Below, one piece after another: positions 19,612-28,933 of a stretch of DNA of 64,000 bases. This DNA is from Holophagales bacterium (GTDB lineage: Bacteria; Acidobacteriota; Thermoanaerobaculia; Multivoradales; Multivoraceae). The stretch's first letter is position 1; every line of letters begins with the position of its first letter. The notes under the pieces were generated by a model. That model was not told the DNA's origin. It was given only the letters and a program-made list of their open reading frames with translations, and ran no database searches. The stretch lies in the NCBI GenBank assembly GCA_009837885.1, contig VXSP01000014.1:31498-95497 (forward strand), written 5' to 3'. The position numbers and the translations under genes were made by a program.

Positions 19612-20652
19612 TTACAGCCTGCCGGTCAGCGCCTCGGACAGGCGTTCGCCCAGGTAGTTCACCAGCGGCACCATCCGCGGATACTCCATGCGCGCCGGCC
19701 CGACCACGGCGACCGACCCGGCGACGCCGTCGCCCGCCTTGTAGCTCCGCACGACGAGACCGAACCCGAGCTCCTCGGTCAGCCTCGAGTCCTGGCCCAG
19801 GACCACCCGCACGCCGTCCGCGTCGAGGCAGCGGTTGAGCAGACCGGCCAGCCGGGCGCGCTCGGCGAACATCTGGAACATCCCCTCGATCCGCGACATG
19901 CCGGGCCCCGCATCGAACAGGCTGTGCGTCCCGTCGACCACGAGCGACGGCGCGTGGCCGATGTTCATGCCGTCCCGGGCGAGCTCGATCGCCCGTCGCA
20001 GCAACTCGTCGAGCCGGGCACGCTCATCGCTCATCAGCCGCAGCAGTTCTTCCCGGATTTCGAAGAGGGTCCGCCCGCTGTAGTTCTCGGTCAGGTAGTT
20101 CGAGATACGCACGAGGTCTTCGCGCGGGATCGGCTCGTCCGTGACGACGAGCTTGTTCTCGACGAAGCCGGTCTCGGCGACCACCACGCAGAGCACCTTG
20201 CGCCCGCTCAGCGGCACGAACTCGATCGCCTTCATCACGGCCGAACCGAGGGCGGGAGTCAGGACCACGCCGACGTGGTGGGAGAGCTGGGAGAGCAGCC
20301 TCGAGGTCTCCTCGGTCAGTTCCTGGCCGGTAACCCCGGCCGTCGTCAGCCGATCGTCGATCAGGCGCCGGTCGTCGTCGCTCACCACCTCGGCCGACAT
20401 CAGGTCGTCGATGAACAGGTGGAAACCGGCCTCGGTCGGCAGCCGGCCCGCCGAGACGTGCGGCTGTCGCAGGTAGCCCATGTCCTCCAGGTCCGCCATC
20501 ACGTTGCGGATCGTGGCGGCGGACAACTGGACCTGGCGGTCCTTCGCGACCCTCCGCGAGGAGACAGGTTCACCCGACGACAGATACGTCTGGATCACCT
20601 CCCGCAGAATCTCGCGGTCCCGGTCGCTGAGCTGGTCGTTGACACGGCTCAT
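19612..20652 (-). CDS. hrcA: Heat-inducible transcription repressor HrcA
   Basis: LSDRDREILREVIQTYLSSGEPVSSRRVAK winged helix plus HrcA C-terminal domain; conserved hrcA-grpE-dnaJ order. Confidence 0.9.
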   Translation of the reverse strand: MSRVNDQLSDRDREILREVIQTYLSSGEPVSSRRVAKDRQVQLSAATIRNVMADLEDMGYLRQPHVSAGRLPTEAGFHLFIDDLMSAEVVSDDDRRLIDDRLTTAGVTGQELTEETSRLLSQLSHHVGVVLTPALGSAVMKAIEFVPLSGRKVLCVVVAETGFVENKLVVTDEPIPREDLVRISNYLTENYSGRTLFEIREELLRLMSDERARLDELLRRAIELARDGMNIGHAPSLVVDGTHSLFDAGPGMSRIEGMFQMFAERARLAGLLNRCLDADGVRVVLGQDSRLTEELGFGLVVRSYKAGDGVAGSVAVVGPARMEYPRMVPLVNYLGERLSEALTGRL

Positions 20653-20695
20653 GGGAGCGGCATTCTACCCCCGGTGGTAGCGTTCCAGCGTCGGC

Positions 20696-21160
20696 ATGAG
20701 ATGTCCATTCTGCGGCGCCAACGACGACCGCGTGGTCGACTCGCGGGACGTTCGCGGCGGGGAAACGGTCAGGCGCCGGCGGGAGTGCCTGAACTGCGGC
20801 CGCAGGTTCACTTCCTACGAGCAGATCGAGAACATCGCCTACCGGGTCGTCAAGTCGGATGGCCGCCGCCAGGAGTTCGACCGCCAGAAGCTCCTCGGCG
20901 GCCTGCTCAAGGCCTGCGAGAAGCGGCCGGTCGGCCTGCCGGCGCTGGAGGAGATCGTCGACCAGGCCGAAGCCCTGCTCCACCGCAAGGAAGACCGCGA
21001 GATCTCCACCTCGGAGCTGGGCAACTTCGTCATCGACCGCCTGAAGACGCTCGACCAGGTGGCCTACGTCCGCTTCGCCTCCGTCTATCGGAAGTTCGAG
21101 GACGTGGACGAGTTCATGGAAGAGTTGCGGGTGCTCCTCGAAGCGTCACGCAAGGACTGA
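20696..21160 (+). CDS. nrdR: Transcriptional repressor NrdR
   Basis: MRCPFCG...RRRECLNCGRRFTSYE zinc ribbon plus ATP-cone domain. Confidence 0.9.
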   Translation: MRCPFCGANDDRVVDSRDVRGGETVRRRRECLNCGRRFTSYEQIENIAYRVVKSDGRRQEFDRQKLLGGLLKACEKRPVGLPALEEIVDQAEALLHRKEDREISTSELGNFVIDRLKTLDQVAYVRFASVYRKFEDVDEFMEELRVLLEASRKD

Positions 21161-21215
21161 AAAGCGGCATCCGCAGAGCGTCCCGAGGCGTCCCCGGGGC
21201 TGGTACCGTGACCCC

Positions 21216-23612
21216 ATGGCCCAGAACCCGGTAGACGAGCAGGCGGACGCGATCTCGCTGCCCGACGTCCTGCCGGTGTTGCCGCTCAAGGACGCGGTCA
21301 TCTTCCCCTACATCATCCTGCCGCTCTCGATCAGTCGCGACCCGAGCATGCTCGCGGTCGAGGACGCGCTGAACGGCGACCGCATCATCCTGCTCGCCCC
21401 CCAGCGCGACGGATCGATCGAGGCGCCGGCGGAGGACGACCTCCACGAGATCGGCACAGCGGCCCAGATCATGCGGATGCTGAAGCTGCCCGACGGCCGG
21501 GTGCGGATCCTGATCCAGGGTCTCGCCAGGGCTCGCCTGCGCTACCTGAGCCAGACCGAGCCCTTCCTTCGCGCCCGCGTCGAAGAGGTGGACGAGGCCG
21601 GCGAACCTCACCACGGACTCGAGGCGGAGGCGCTCGTGCGCAGCGTCAAGGAGGGTCTCGAAACCGCCGTCAACCTGGGCAAGGACATCTCCTCCGAGGT
21701 CATGATGATCGCCGCGAATCTCGATCATCCAGGCCGGCTGGCGGACCTGGCCGCCAGCAACCTCGACCTGCGGGCGGACGAGGCCCAGCTCGTGCTGGAG
21801 ACGACGACGCCCATACCGCGGCTGCGGAAGGTGGGCGACCTGCTGACCCGGGAGATCGAACTCCTCAGCATGCAGCAGCGGATCTCCGCCCAGGCCCGGA
21901 GCGAGATGGACCGCAGCCAGCGCGAGTACTTTCTTCGCCAGCAGCAGCGCGCGATCCTGGACGAACTCGGCGAAGGCGACGATCTCCACGGCGACATCGA
22001 ACGGTACGTGAGCGCCGTCGAGGAGAAGGGCCTGAGCGAGGAGGCGGCGGCGGAAGTTGAACGACAGGTCAGGCGGCTCGAGCGAAGCTCTCCCGACAGC
22101 GCCGAGAACGCGACGATCCGCACCCACCTGGACTGGTTGACCGGCCTCCCGTGGTCGACCCTGAGCGAGGATCGAATCGACCTCGACCGGGCCCGCACCG
22201 TGCTCGATGAAGACCACTACGACCTGGACCGGGTCAAGGAGCGGATCCTCGAGTACCTGGCGGTCCGACGGCTCAAGCCGGACGCCAAGGGTCCGATCCT
22301 CTGCCTGGTCGGCCCCCCGGGGGTCGGCAAAACGTCGCTCGGCCGTTCCATCGCGCGCGCAATCGATCGCAAGTTCGTCCGCATTTCGCTCGGCGGCGTC
22401 CGCGACGAGGGAGAGATCCGCGGCCACCGGCGCACCTACGTCGGTTCGTTGCCGGGTCGCGTCATCCAGGGCCTGAATCAGGCCGGCACCAGCAATCCCG
22501 TCTTCATGCTCGACGAAATCGACAAACTGGGCGCCGACTACCGGGGCGATCCGGCTTCCGCGCTGCTGGAAGTGCTGGATCCCGAACAGAACTCGACCTT
22601 CAGGGACCACTACCTGGGAGTCGAGTACGACCTTTCGCGCGTGTTGTTCATCGCCACGGCCAATCTGCTCGAACCCATTCAGCCCGCTTTCCTCGACCGT
22701 CTCGAGGTGCTGCGACTCTCCGGCTACACCGAAGACGAGAAAGTACTGATCGCGCGCCGCCACCTGTTGCCAAAAGCCACGGACGAGAACGGCCTGCCGG
22801 CCGGCGCCCTGACCATCACGACCCCCGCGCTCCGCGGCCTCATTCGCGGCTACACCAAGGAAGCCGGCGTGCGCAATCTCGAACGCGAACTCGCAACTCT
22901 CTGCCGGAAGGCGGCCGTGCGAGTGGCACGGGGAGACGGCCGGGAACTGAAAGTAACGCCGGCCCGATTGAAGAAGCTGGTCGGGCAACCGCGTCACTTC
23001 AGCGAGGAACTGCTCGACCGCGACCGGATCGGCGTGGCTACCGGACTCGCCTGGACCGCAGCCGGCGGCGACCTCATGCTGATCGAAGTCGCGGCGCCGA
23101 AGGGCAGAGGCAAACTGATCCTCACCGGTCAACTCGGCGACGTCATGAAGGAGTCGGCACAGGCCGCGCTGAGCTGCGCCCGCACGACCTACGCCGGGGC
23201 TCCGGGAGCGGGAGGGCCCGATTTCTTCCGTAACCACGACCTCCACATTCATGTCCCCGCCGGTTCCGTACCGAAGGACGGTCCGTCGGCGGGCGTCACG
23301 ATTGCCGCCGCCATCGTCTCCGTCTGCAGCGGGCGCATGATCGATCACAAGGTCGCGATGACCGGCGAGATCACGCTGCGCGGCGAAGTGCTTCCCGTCG
23401 GCGGTCTCAAGGAGAAGCTGCTCGCCGCGCGCGGAGCCGGTATTCGCAAGGTCGTCCTCCCGGAACGAAACCGGCGGGATCTTCCGGAGATACCGGCCGC
23501 GGTGACGCGAGGTCTTGAACTCCTGTTCGTCGAACATGTCGATCAGGTCCTCGAAGCCGCGTTGCTCGACCCGGAGCACCAGCGGTCATGGCCGGCGGCG
23601 AAGACCGGCTGA
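21216..23612 (+). CDS. lon: ATP-dependent protease Lon (endopeptidase La)
   Basis: LON N-domain, GPPGVGKTS Walker A, PKDGPSAG catalytic Ser and KxxAA Lys motifs. Confidence 0.95.
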   Translation: MAQNPVDEQADAISLPDVLPVLPLKDAVIFPYIILPLSISRDPSMLAVEDALNGDRIILLAPQRDGSIEAPAEDDLHEIGTAAQIMRMLKLPDGRVRILIQGLARARLRYLSQTEPFLRARVEEVDEAGEPHHGLEAEALVRSVKEGLETAVNLGKDISSEVMMIAANLDHPGRLADLAASNLDLRADEAQLVLETTTPIPRLRKVGDLLTREIELLSMQQRISAQARSEMDRSQREYFLRQQQRAILDELGEGDDLHGDIERYVSAVEEKGLSEEAAAEVERQVRRLERSSPDSAENATIRTHLDWLTGLPWSTLSEDRIDLDRARTVLDEDHYDLDRVKERILEYLAVRRLKPDAKGPILCLVGPPGVGKTSLGRSIARAIDRKFVRISLGGVRDEGEIRGHRRTYVGSLPGRVIQGLNQAGTSNPVFMLDEIDKLGADYRGDPASALLEVLDPEQNSTFRDHYLGVEYDLSRVLFIATANLLEPIQPAFLDRLEVLRLSGYTEDEKVLIARRHLLPKATDENGLPAGALTITTPALRGLIRGYTKEAGVRNLERELATLCRKAAVRVARGDGRELKVTPARLKKLVGQPRHFSEELLDRDRIGVATGLAWTAAGGDLMLIEVAAPKGRGKLILTGQLGDVMKESAQAALSCARTTYAGAPGAGGPDFFRNHDLHIHVPAGSVPKDGPSAGVTIAAAIVSVCSGRMIDHKVAMTGEITLRGEVLPVGGLKEKLLAARGAGIRKVVLPERNRRDLPEIPAAVTRGLELLFVEHVDQVLEAALLDPEHQRSWPAAKTG

Positions 23613-24577
23613 TCGCCTGGCTCGCGGGCTTCGCGGGCTCCGGAGATCGAATCGGCGACGACGCCGTCCTGCTCACGCTCGGCCAACGGCAGTACGCGTT
23701 CAGCGTCGACACACAGCGCGCCGGCGTCCACATTCCGATCGATTTCGATCCCGCCGACGCCGCCCGCCGGCTGCTTGCCGTCAGCCTCTCGGATCTCGCC
23801 GCCAGCGGGGCCTCGCCGCGGTGGATGCTCGTCGCACTCGGCATCGACGATGAGGAGGCCGCCCGCCGTTTCCTCGCTGCCCTCGTGCGCGCCGGCCGCC
23901 GGTACGAAGTCGAACTCATCGGCGGCGACACCGCCAGGCCGACGACGCCCGGCCGGCTGGACGCCAGCCTGACCGTCATCGGCGAGATACCGGAAGACGG
24001 CTCGCCTCTGACCCGCGACGCGGCTCGACCCGACGACCGGCTCTGGATCGGCGGACCGGTCGGAGAGTCCGCCCTGGGCCTCGACCTCGTCCGCCTCGGC
24101 GGGCGGATGGCGAGACGGCGCGCCAACCTGCCCGAGGGGCTTCCCGACGGGCTGACCCGTGTCGCCAGCCGGGTCCTTCGCCGCCACCTCGAACCCCGGC
24201 CCCAGCTCGGGCTGGGCCTGCTGCTCGGGCGGCGGTCGCCGGCGGGTGCCGCGATCGACGTGTCCGACGGCCTGGCCGCCGACGCGGCGCGGCTCTGCCG
24301 GCGGAGCAGCGTCGGCTGTGAACTCGAGGAAGGCGCTCTTGCCCTCCGGGCCGACGCCCGCCGCCTGGCCGTCCACCTGCGCCGCGAGCCGCTCGAACTG
24401 GTTCTCGCCGGGGGCGAGGACTACGTTCTTCTGTTCACCCTGCCGCCGGACGCCGACTTCCGGCATCCCGGGTGCCGGCCCATTGGCCGGATCACGACCC
24501 GGCCCGGGCTGCGTTTACGCCGAACCCACGGGACGATCGAACCGCTGCCCGCCGGCGGCTGGGACCACCTGGGCTAG
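23588..24577 (+). CDS. thiL: Thiamine-monophosphate kinase
   Basis: AIR synthase-related fold; GDDAV..., IGGDT motifs typical of ThiL; overlaps the lon 3' end. Confidence 0.85.
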   Translation: MAGGEDRLIAWLAGFAGSGDRIGDDAVLLTLGQRQYAFSVDTQRAGVHIPIDFDPADAARRLLAVSLSDLAASGASPRWMLVALGIDDEEAARRFLAALVRAGRRYEVELIGGDTARPTTPGRLDASLTVIGEIPEDGSPLTRDAARPDDRLWIGGPVGESALGLDLVRLGGRMARRRANLPEGLPDGLTRVASRVLRRHLEPRPQLGLGLLLGRRSPAGAAIDVSDGLAADAARLCRRSSVGCELEEGALALRADARRLAVHLRREPLELVLAGGEDYVLLFTLPPDADFRHPGCRPIGRITTRPGLRLRRTHGTIEPLPAGGWDHLG

Positions 24578-24647
24578 GCGCGGCAGAAATCCGGAATCCG
24601 GCGCTACGCGCCTGCCGACCCGGTTTCTGCCGCGCTGACACACCCGG

Positions 24648-25571
24648 TCAGCGATTGAGCGTGACGGTGATCGGCTGGTCCAGCTTCTGCAGCACCAGGC
24701 TCACCTGGGCCTCGAGCGCCGCCAGCCTTGCCTCCACGCTGCCGGCCGCCGCAGCCGCCGGTTGGCGCCTCACCTTGGCGGCTCTCGCCTTTCGCTTCCT
24801 CCGCACCGGCGTCTTCGCCGCCGCCGCAACCTTGGCCTTCGGCTTCCGACCGCGCCTGCTCTGGGAGCGAAGCTCGCGGAACACCGCCACCGCCTCCGGG
24901 TGGTAGCGCCGCTTGCGGCCCTCGCCCTCGTGCGGTATCCGATCGCCGAACAACTTGAGGTAACGCTGCAGCGTCGGGCCGGAGATGCCCGTCTGCTGAC
25001 CGATCGCCGTAAGCGTCAGGAGCTTGGGAGCGGCTGCCGCAGGCTTCGCCGCGGCCCGCGCCTTGCGCTTCTTTCGAGCGGGCGACTTGGCCGCCGGCGC
25101 CGCCTTCGGCTTGCGACCAGGCTTGCTCTCCGCCCGGAGTTCGCGGAACACCGCCACGGAATTCGGGTGGTAGCGTCGCTTCCGACCCTCGCCCTCGTGC
25201 GGTATCCGATCGCCGAACAGCCGGACGTAACGCTGCAACGTCGGATAGGAGATGCCGGTCTGCTGACCGATGCTGGACAGCGTCAACAGGGCCGGACCGC
25301 CTGCCGCGCCCCTCGCTTGGGTTCCCGCCGCTTGCGTCGCGGTCTTCTTCCGTCCCGCGCCCCGACGCTTCGTCGACCGTTCGTTCTTGAACGCCTTGAA
25401 CTCCCTGACCGCCGCCACCCGATACCGCTGCCTGCGACCCTCGCCCTCCGACGAGATCCGGTCCTGGTACAGCTTCTTGTACCGCAGCGCCGTCGCCATC
25501 GAAACACCGGCCCGGCCAGCCACTTCGCCCAACGTCAACAGTTTCTTTCTTCCAGCAGCCGCTGCACTCAC
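24648..25571 (-). CDS. Basic DNA-binding protein with three tandem MerR/excisionase-like HTH modules joined by AT-hook/histone-H1-like lysine/alanine-rich linkers; C-terminal short coiled coil
   Basis: Three copies of LLTL..IG..TGIS..TLQRY..LFGDRI..EGEGR.RRY....VAVFRELR, separated by RGRKPK and AKPAAAK-rich stretches. Repeats 2 and 3 (aa 93-147 and aa 182-236, period ~89 aa) are encoded by near-identical ~165-bp DNA repeats; repeat 1 is a more divergent copy. GTG start with AAGGAG RBS 6 nt upstream. Confidence 0.75.
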   Translation of the reverse strand: MSAAAAGRKKLLTLGEVAGRAGVSMATALRYKKLYQDRISSEGEGRRQRYRVAAVREFKAFKNERSTKRRGAGRKKTATQAAGTQARGAAGGPALLTLSSIGQQTGISYPTLQRYVRLFGDRIPHEGEGRKRRYHPNSVAVFRELRAESKPGRKPKAAPAAKSPARKKRKARAAAKPAAAAPKLLTLTAIGQQTGISGPTLQRYLKLFGDRIPHEGEGRKRRYHPEAVAVFRELRSQSRRGRKPKAKVAAAAKTPVRRKRKARAAKVRRQPAAAAAGSVEARLAALEAQVSLVLQKLDQPITVTLNR

Positions 25572-25687
25572 GAAGTTCTCCTTATCCCGCCCTGTGGCGT
25601 GCCGGTCCGTATCCCTTCCGGGAAGTTACAATCGCAGCGCGACGATAGCAGAAGAACCGACCTGACTGCGCGTAGCACGAATTTGAA

Positions 25688-28600
25688 TCAGTCTTCGGTC
25701 AGAGGTCCGTAGTTCAGCTTACGCACCAGGTACGACAGGGCCTGCCGGCTGATGCCAAGAGCGCGCGCCGCCTTCGCCTGGTTGCCGCCGGATTCTTCAA
25801 GCGCCTTGCCGATCAGTCGACGCCGGTACTGCTCCATCTTCCAGTGGTAGCCGCTTTGCTTAGGCCCGGCTTCCTCGACCGGTTCTTCCGGCAGCCCCAG
25901 GTTCTCAACCGAGATCTCGGAACGCTCGGCAAGCGCCACCGCCCCATCGATCGCGTTCTTCAACTCCCTGACATTGCCGGGCCATGAGTAGTTGCGAATC
26001 CGCGCGCGCGCCTTGTCGCTGAACTTCAGGTCCTGTCCGAGCTGACCGGAGTTTTCGAGGAAGTGCTGCGCAAGCAACATCACGTCCTCATCGCGCTCGC
26101 GCAATGGAGGCGCCTCCACGTAAGCCACCCTGAGCCGGTAGTAAAGATCCTGGCGGAACTCGCCGGCCCTCACCATCGCGGCCAGATCCTTGTGGGTTGC
26201 AGAGACGAGCCGAAAGTCGAGCCGCCGGGTGCGGCTCTCACCGACGCGTCGCATCTCGCCCTCCTGCAGGAGGCGCAGGAGCATCCCCTGGGCCGCCCAC
26301 GGCAGCTCTCCGATCTCGTCGAGAAAGACGGTGCCGCCGTCCGCGCTCTCGAACACTCCCACCCGGTCAGCGTGGGCGCCGGTGAACGCGCCCCGACGGT
26401 GGCCGAACAGCTCGGACAGGAGCAGACCGTCCGGCAACGCCGCGCAGTTCACCGCCAGCCAGGGGCGGGAGGACCGAGCGCTCGACCAGTGGAGCTGGCG
26501 CGCCAGGAGTTCCTTGCCGGTCCCCGACTCGCCGAGAATCAACACCGGCAGATCGTGAGCCGCGAACTTCTCGATGCGGGTCTGAACATCCAGCAGAGCC
26601 TTGCTCTTTCCCACCATTCCGGAGGTAGACGGCCTCCTGGGCTCCGCCAGCTCGGAAGCTCCGTGTCGGCGGCGGCTCGAGGCGGGCAGGCGGGTCGCCA
26701 CCGCGGCCGCCAACGCACGGGCAGGTTCATCGATTCCCCTTGCACTAAGCACGAGTCGTCCCGCCTCCGCATCGACCGCGAACCGGTCGGAGCCACCGGG
26801 ACCCTCGAGCAGGACTTCCCCCTGCGCATCCAGAGCGTCAAACCCTCCCGGGGGGCCATGCACCGCCAGTCTTGCCTCCGGGTGACCGGCCGCGGCCATC
26901 AGGATCCGATAGGCGTCCGCATCGGGGTCGGGCGTGGCCAGGAAGAGGCGAAGCGCCAACCAGGGACCCGTGCGCGCCCCATCCACACGCTGGACGAGGG
27001 CTTCGGCGCCGACTGCCGAGAGGATGCGCGCGGCCGCGGCCACCAGACCGACGGGAACCGTCTCGACGCCGAGACAGACCAGGTCGTGAACAGTGAGCGC
27101 GGCGCGGAAGGGGTCTTGTGCCTCGATTCGCCGCCAGTCCGCGACGCCCGGCATCCGGCCCTCGCCGACCGCTTCCCAGAGTCCCTCCTGTGCCGTTCCG
27201 GCCGTGATCGCACGCGCCTGGTCGCCGAGTCCGGCGAGCAGCAGCAGCGGCGCCAGGTCGTCCACTTCCGCCGGCGTCCAGGCGGCAAGGTGCCGTTCGA
27301 GCGCCTCAAAGAGTTCCTCCGCCGCCTCATCGATACGTCCGAGATGGACCAGTGCGCGAGCCGAAAGCAGACGCAACGAGCGGAGCTGACGCCACCCGGA
27401 TCGCCTCCCGCTCAGATTCTCCAGGGCGGTTTCGCAGCACTCCAGCGCCGATGCCCAGTGGCCCTGCGCCAGGAAGAGGCGCGCTTCCAGCAGGCGTGCC
27501 TCGACGACTCCAGGGGCGCTCCCCGCCATCAGGCTCTCCCGACGCAGGTTCTCGATCGTCTCGGCGACTCCCGTGAACCGTCCGGTTCGAATCCGGATCT
27601 CCGCCAGCTTCCCGTGCGCGGCGGCTCTCCCGGCAGGTCCGTCGCAACGCCGGAACAGAGAGGCCGCGATGCGTGCCGCGCGCTCGGCGCCACGGAGGTC
27701 GTTCACCGCCAATCGAACCGTCGCCAACTCGTTGTACAACCCGGCCCGCTCGTACAAGGGAAGCTGCTCCCTGAGGCGTCTGAGACCAGCCGCCAGCAAC
27801 CGCTCCGCCTCTCTGAACCGACCGTTCGCCGCGGCGAGCCGAGCCCTCGCACCAAGCTCCATCCAGGGTTGCGGGTCGCCCCAGCGTTCCGGCTCCCTGA
27901 CCGCGGGTTCCAGCAGGCCGGCCATTGCGTCAAGCTCACCGAGTTCCCACTTCGCCAGGGCGCACAGGACTCGACCAGGCGCCGCCTGGGGACCGACCGC
28001 GACGTCGAGCACCCTCTCCGACCAGCGTCCGATCTGATCCGAACGTCCCGCGGCCGCGTGGATTCCGATTGCCAACTCACACTGTTCGAGTGCGCGACGG
28101 CCCGAGAGCGCCCGGTTCTCCAGTGTGCTCAGCGTGCGACGCGCGGCGGCGGTCCGGCCCAACCGAAGCTGAGCCCGGAGGCGGGCGAGGAGGTCGTCCG
28201 TTCGCCTTGACTCCTTCACCAGCTTCAGCACGGCTTCGAAGCGTCCTTCCTCAAGGAGGAGCCGCGCCAGCGCCGACCGGTCTTCCGGCGTCTCGGGCGG
28301 CCGCAATTCGGAGTCGGCGTCGGTGACGCGTTGCCAGTACGACCGCGCAGCCACGCCGCCCGCGGCAATCTCCCGACGTTCGTCGCCCTCCATCGCCGCC
28401 AGCACCCGCCGCCACCGCGATTGCCCGGCAACCGCCGCCCTCTCGCCGTCCCGACTCGCCAGGACGGCGAACAGGGAGGAGCGCGCGGCCTCGAACTTGT
28501 GACCCCACAGGAAGGGTGCCCGAGCCAGGATGTCGGCGACCATCCGGTTGGCGGACATCGGTAGCAGTTCGTCGCGCCAGGTCTCGAAGAGGGGCCGGAG

Positions 28601-28933
28601 CACCGCCCGAACAGCGCTTCGGCCGGGCGCTCCCTCGCTTCCGAACAGGAGCACGACGAGTTGCCTCATCAGGGCCTGAGGCAGTCGGTCGTCTCGCGCG
28701 CGCTGCACCAGCCTCGGAGGAACCCGGAGGACGCCGTCCGTATCGACGCGGAGATCTTGCCAGGCCTCGAGCCGCCAACCGGCCGCTCGCACATGAGCCA
28801 GCAGGGCCGCTCCCTGAAGCAGGAATGCTGCCCGGTCACGGTCGGTCGCGACGATCTCGTTCAGATCGGTGGCCCCCGCGCCTTCGGGAACTGGCTGAAG
28901 CGCCTGGTGACGGATGCGAAGGACGCGAGTCAT
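25688..28933 (-). CDS. Sigma-54-dependent transcriptional activator (bEBP, Fis-type C-terminal HTH) with ~750-aa N-terminal TPR-like/helical-repeat sensor region
   Basis: C-terminus GESGTGKELLARQLH, GAFTGA, ESELFGH-like ELFGHRRGAFTG, and AARALGISRQALSYLVRKL HTH; N-terminal region is Ala/Leu/Arg-rich helical repeats; ATGA overlap with aroA. Confidence 0.85.
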   Translation of the reverse strand: MTRVLRIRHQALQPVPEGAGATDLNEIVATDRDRAAFLLQGAALLAHVRAAGWRLEAWQDLRVDTDGVLRVPPRLVQRARDDRLPQALMRQLVVLLFGSEGAPGRSAVRAVLRPLFETWRDELLPMSANRMVADILARAPFLWGHKFEAARSSLFAVLASRDGERAAVAGQSRWRRVLAAMEGDERREIAAGGVAARSYWQRVTDADSELRPPETPEDRSALARLLLEEGRFEAVLKLVKESRRTDDLLARLRAQLRLGRTAAARRTLSTLENRALSGRRALEQCELAIGIHAAAGRSDQIGRWSERVLDVAVGPQAAPGRVLCALAKWELGELDAMAGLLEPAVREPERWGDPQPWMELGARARLAAANGRFREAERLLAAGLRRLREQLPLYERAGLYNELATVRLAVNDLRGAERAARIAASLFRRCDGPAGRAAAHGKLAEIRIRTGRFTGVAETIENLRRESLMAGSAPGVVEARLLEARLFLAQGHWASALECCETALENLSGRRSGWRQLRSLRLLSARALVHLGRIDEAAEELFEALERHLAAWTPAEVDDLAPLLLLAGLGDQARAITAGTAQEGLWEAVGEGRMPGVADWRRIEAQDPFRAALTVHDLVCLGVETVPVGLVAAAARILSAVGAEALVQRVDGARTGPWLALRLFLATPDPDADAYRILMAAAGHPEARLAVHGPPGGFDALDAQGEVLLEGPGGSDRFAVDAEAGRLVLSARGIDEPARALAAAVATRLPASSRRRHGASELAEPRRPSTSGMVGKSKALLDVQTRIEKFAAHDLPVLILGESGTGKELLARQLHWSSARSSRPWLAVNCAALPDGLLLSELFGHRRGAFTGAHADRVGVFESADGGTVFLDEIGELPWAAQGMLLRLLQEGEMRRVGESRTRRLDFRLVSATHKDLAAMVRAGEFRQDLYYRLRVAYVEAPPLRERDEDVMLLAQHFLENSGQLGQDLKFSDKARARIRNYSWPGNVRELKNAIDGAVALAERSEISVENLGLPEEPVEEAGPKQSGYHWKMEQYRRRLIGKALEESGGNQAKAARALGISRQALSYLVRKLNYGPLTED

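Noticed and set aside
20653-20695. CIRCE operator expected upstream of hrcA
   Set aside because: The 43-bp hrcA/nrdR intergenic sequence contains no TTAGCACTC-N9-GAGTGCTAA-like inverted repeat.
25572-25687. Possible sigma-54 promoter (GGCACG-N7-GC) upstream of the triple-HTH gene, next to the bEBP
   Set aside because: Spacing between the GG and GC dinucleotides is 13 rather than the obligatory 12, and the -12 element is GGGC rather than TTGC; not claimed.
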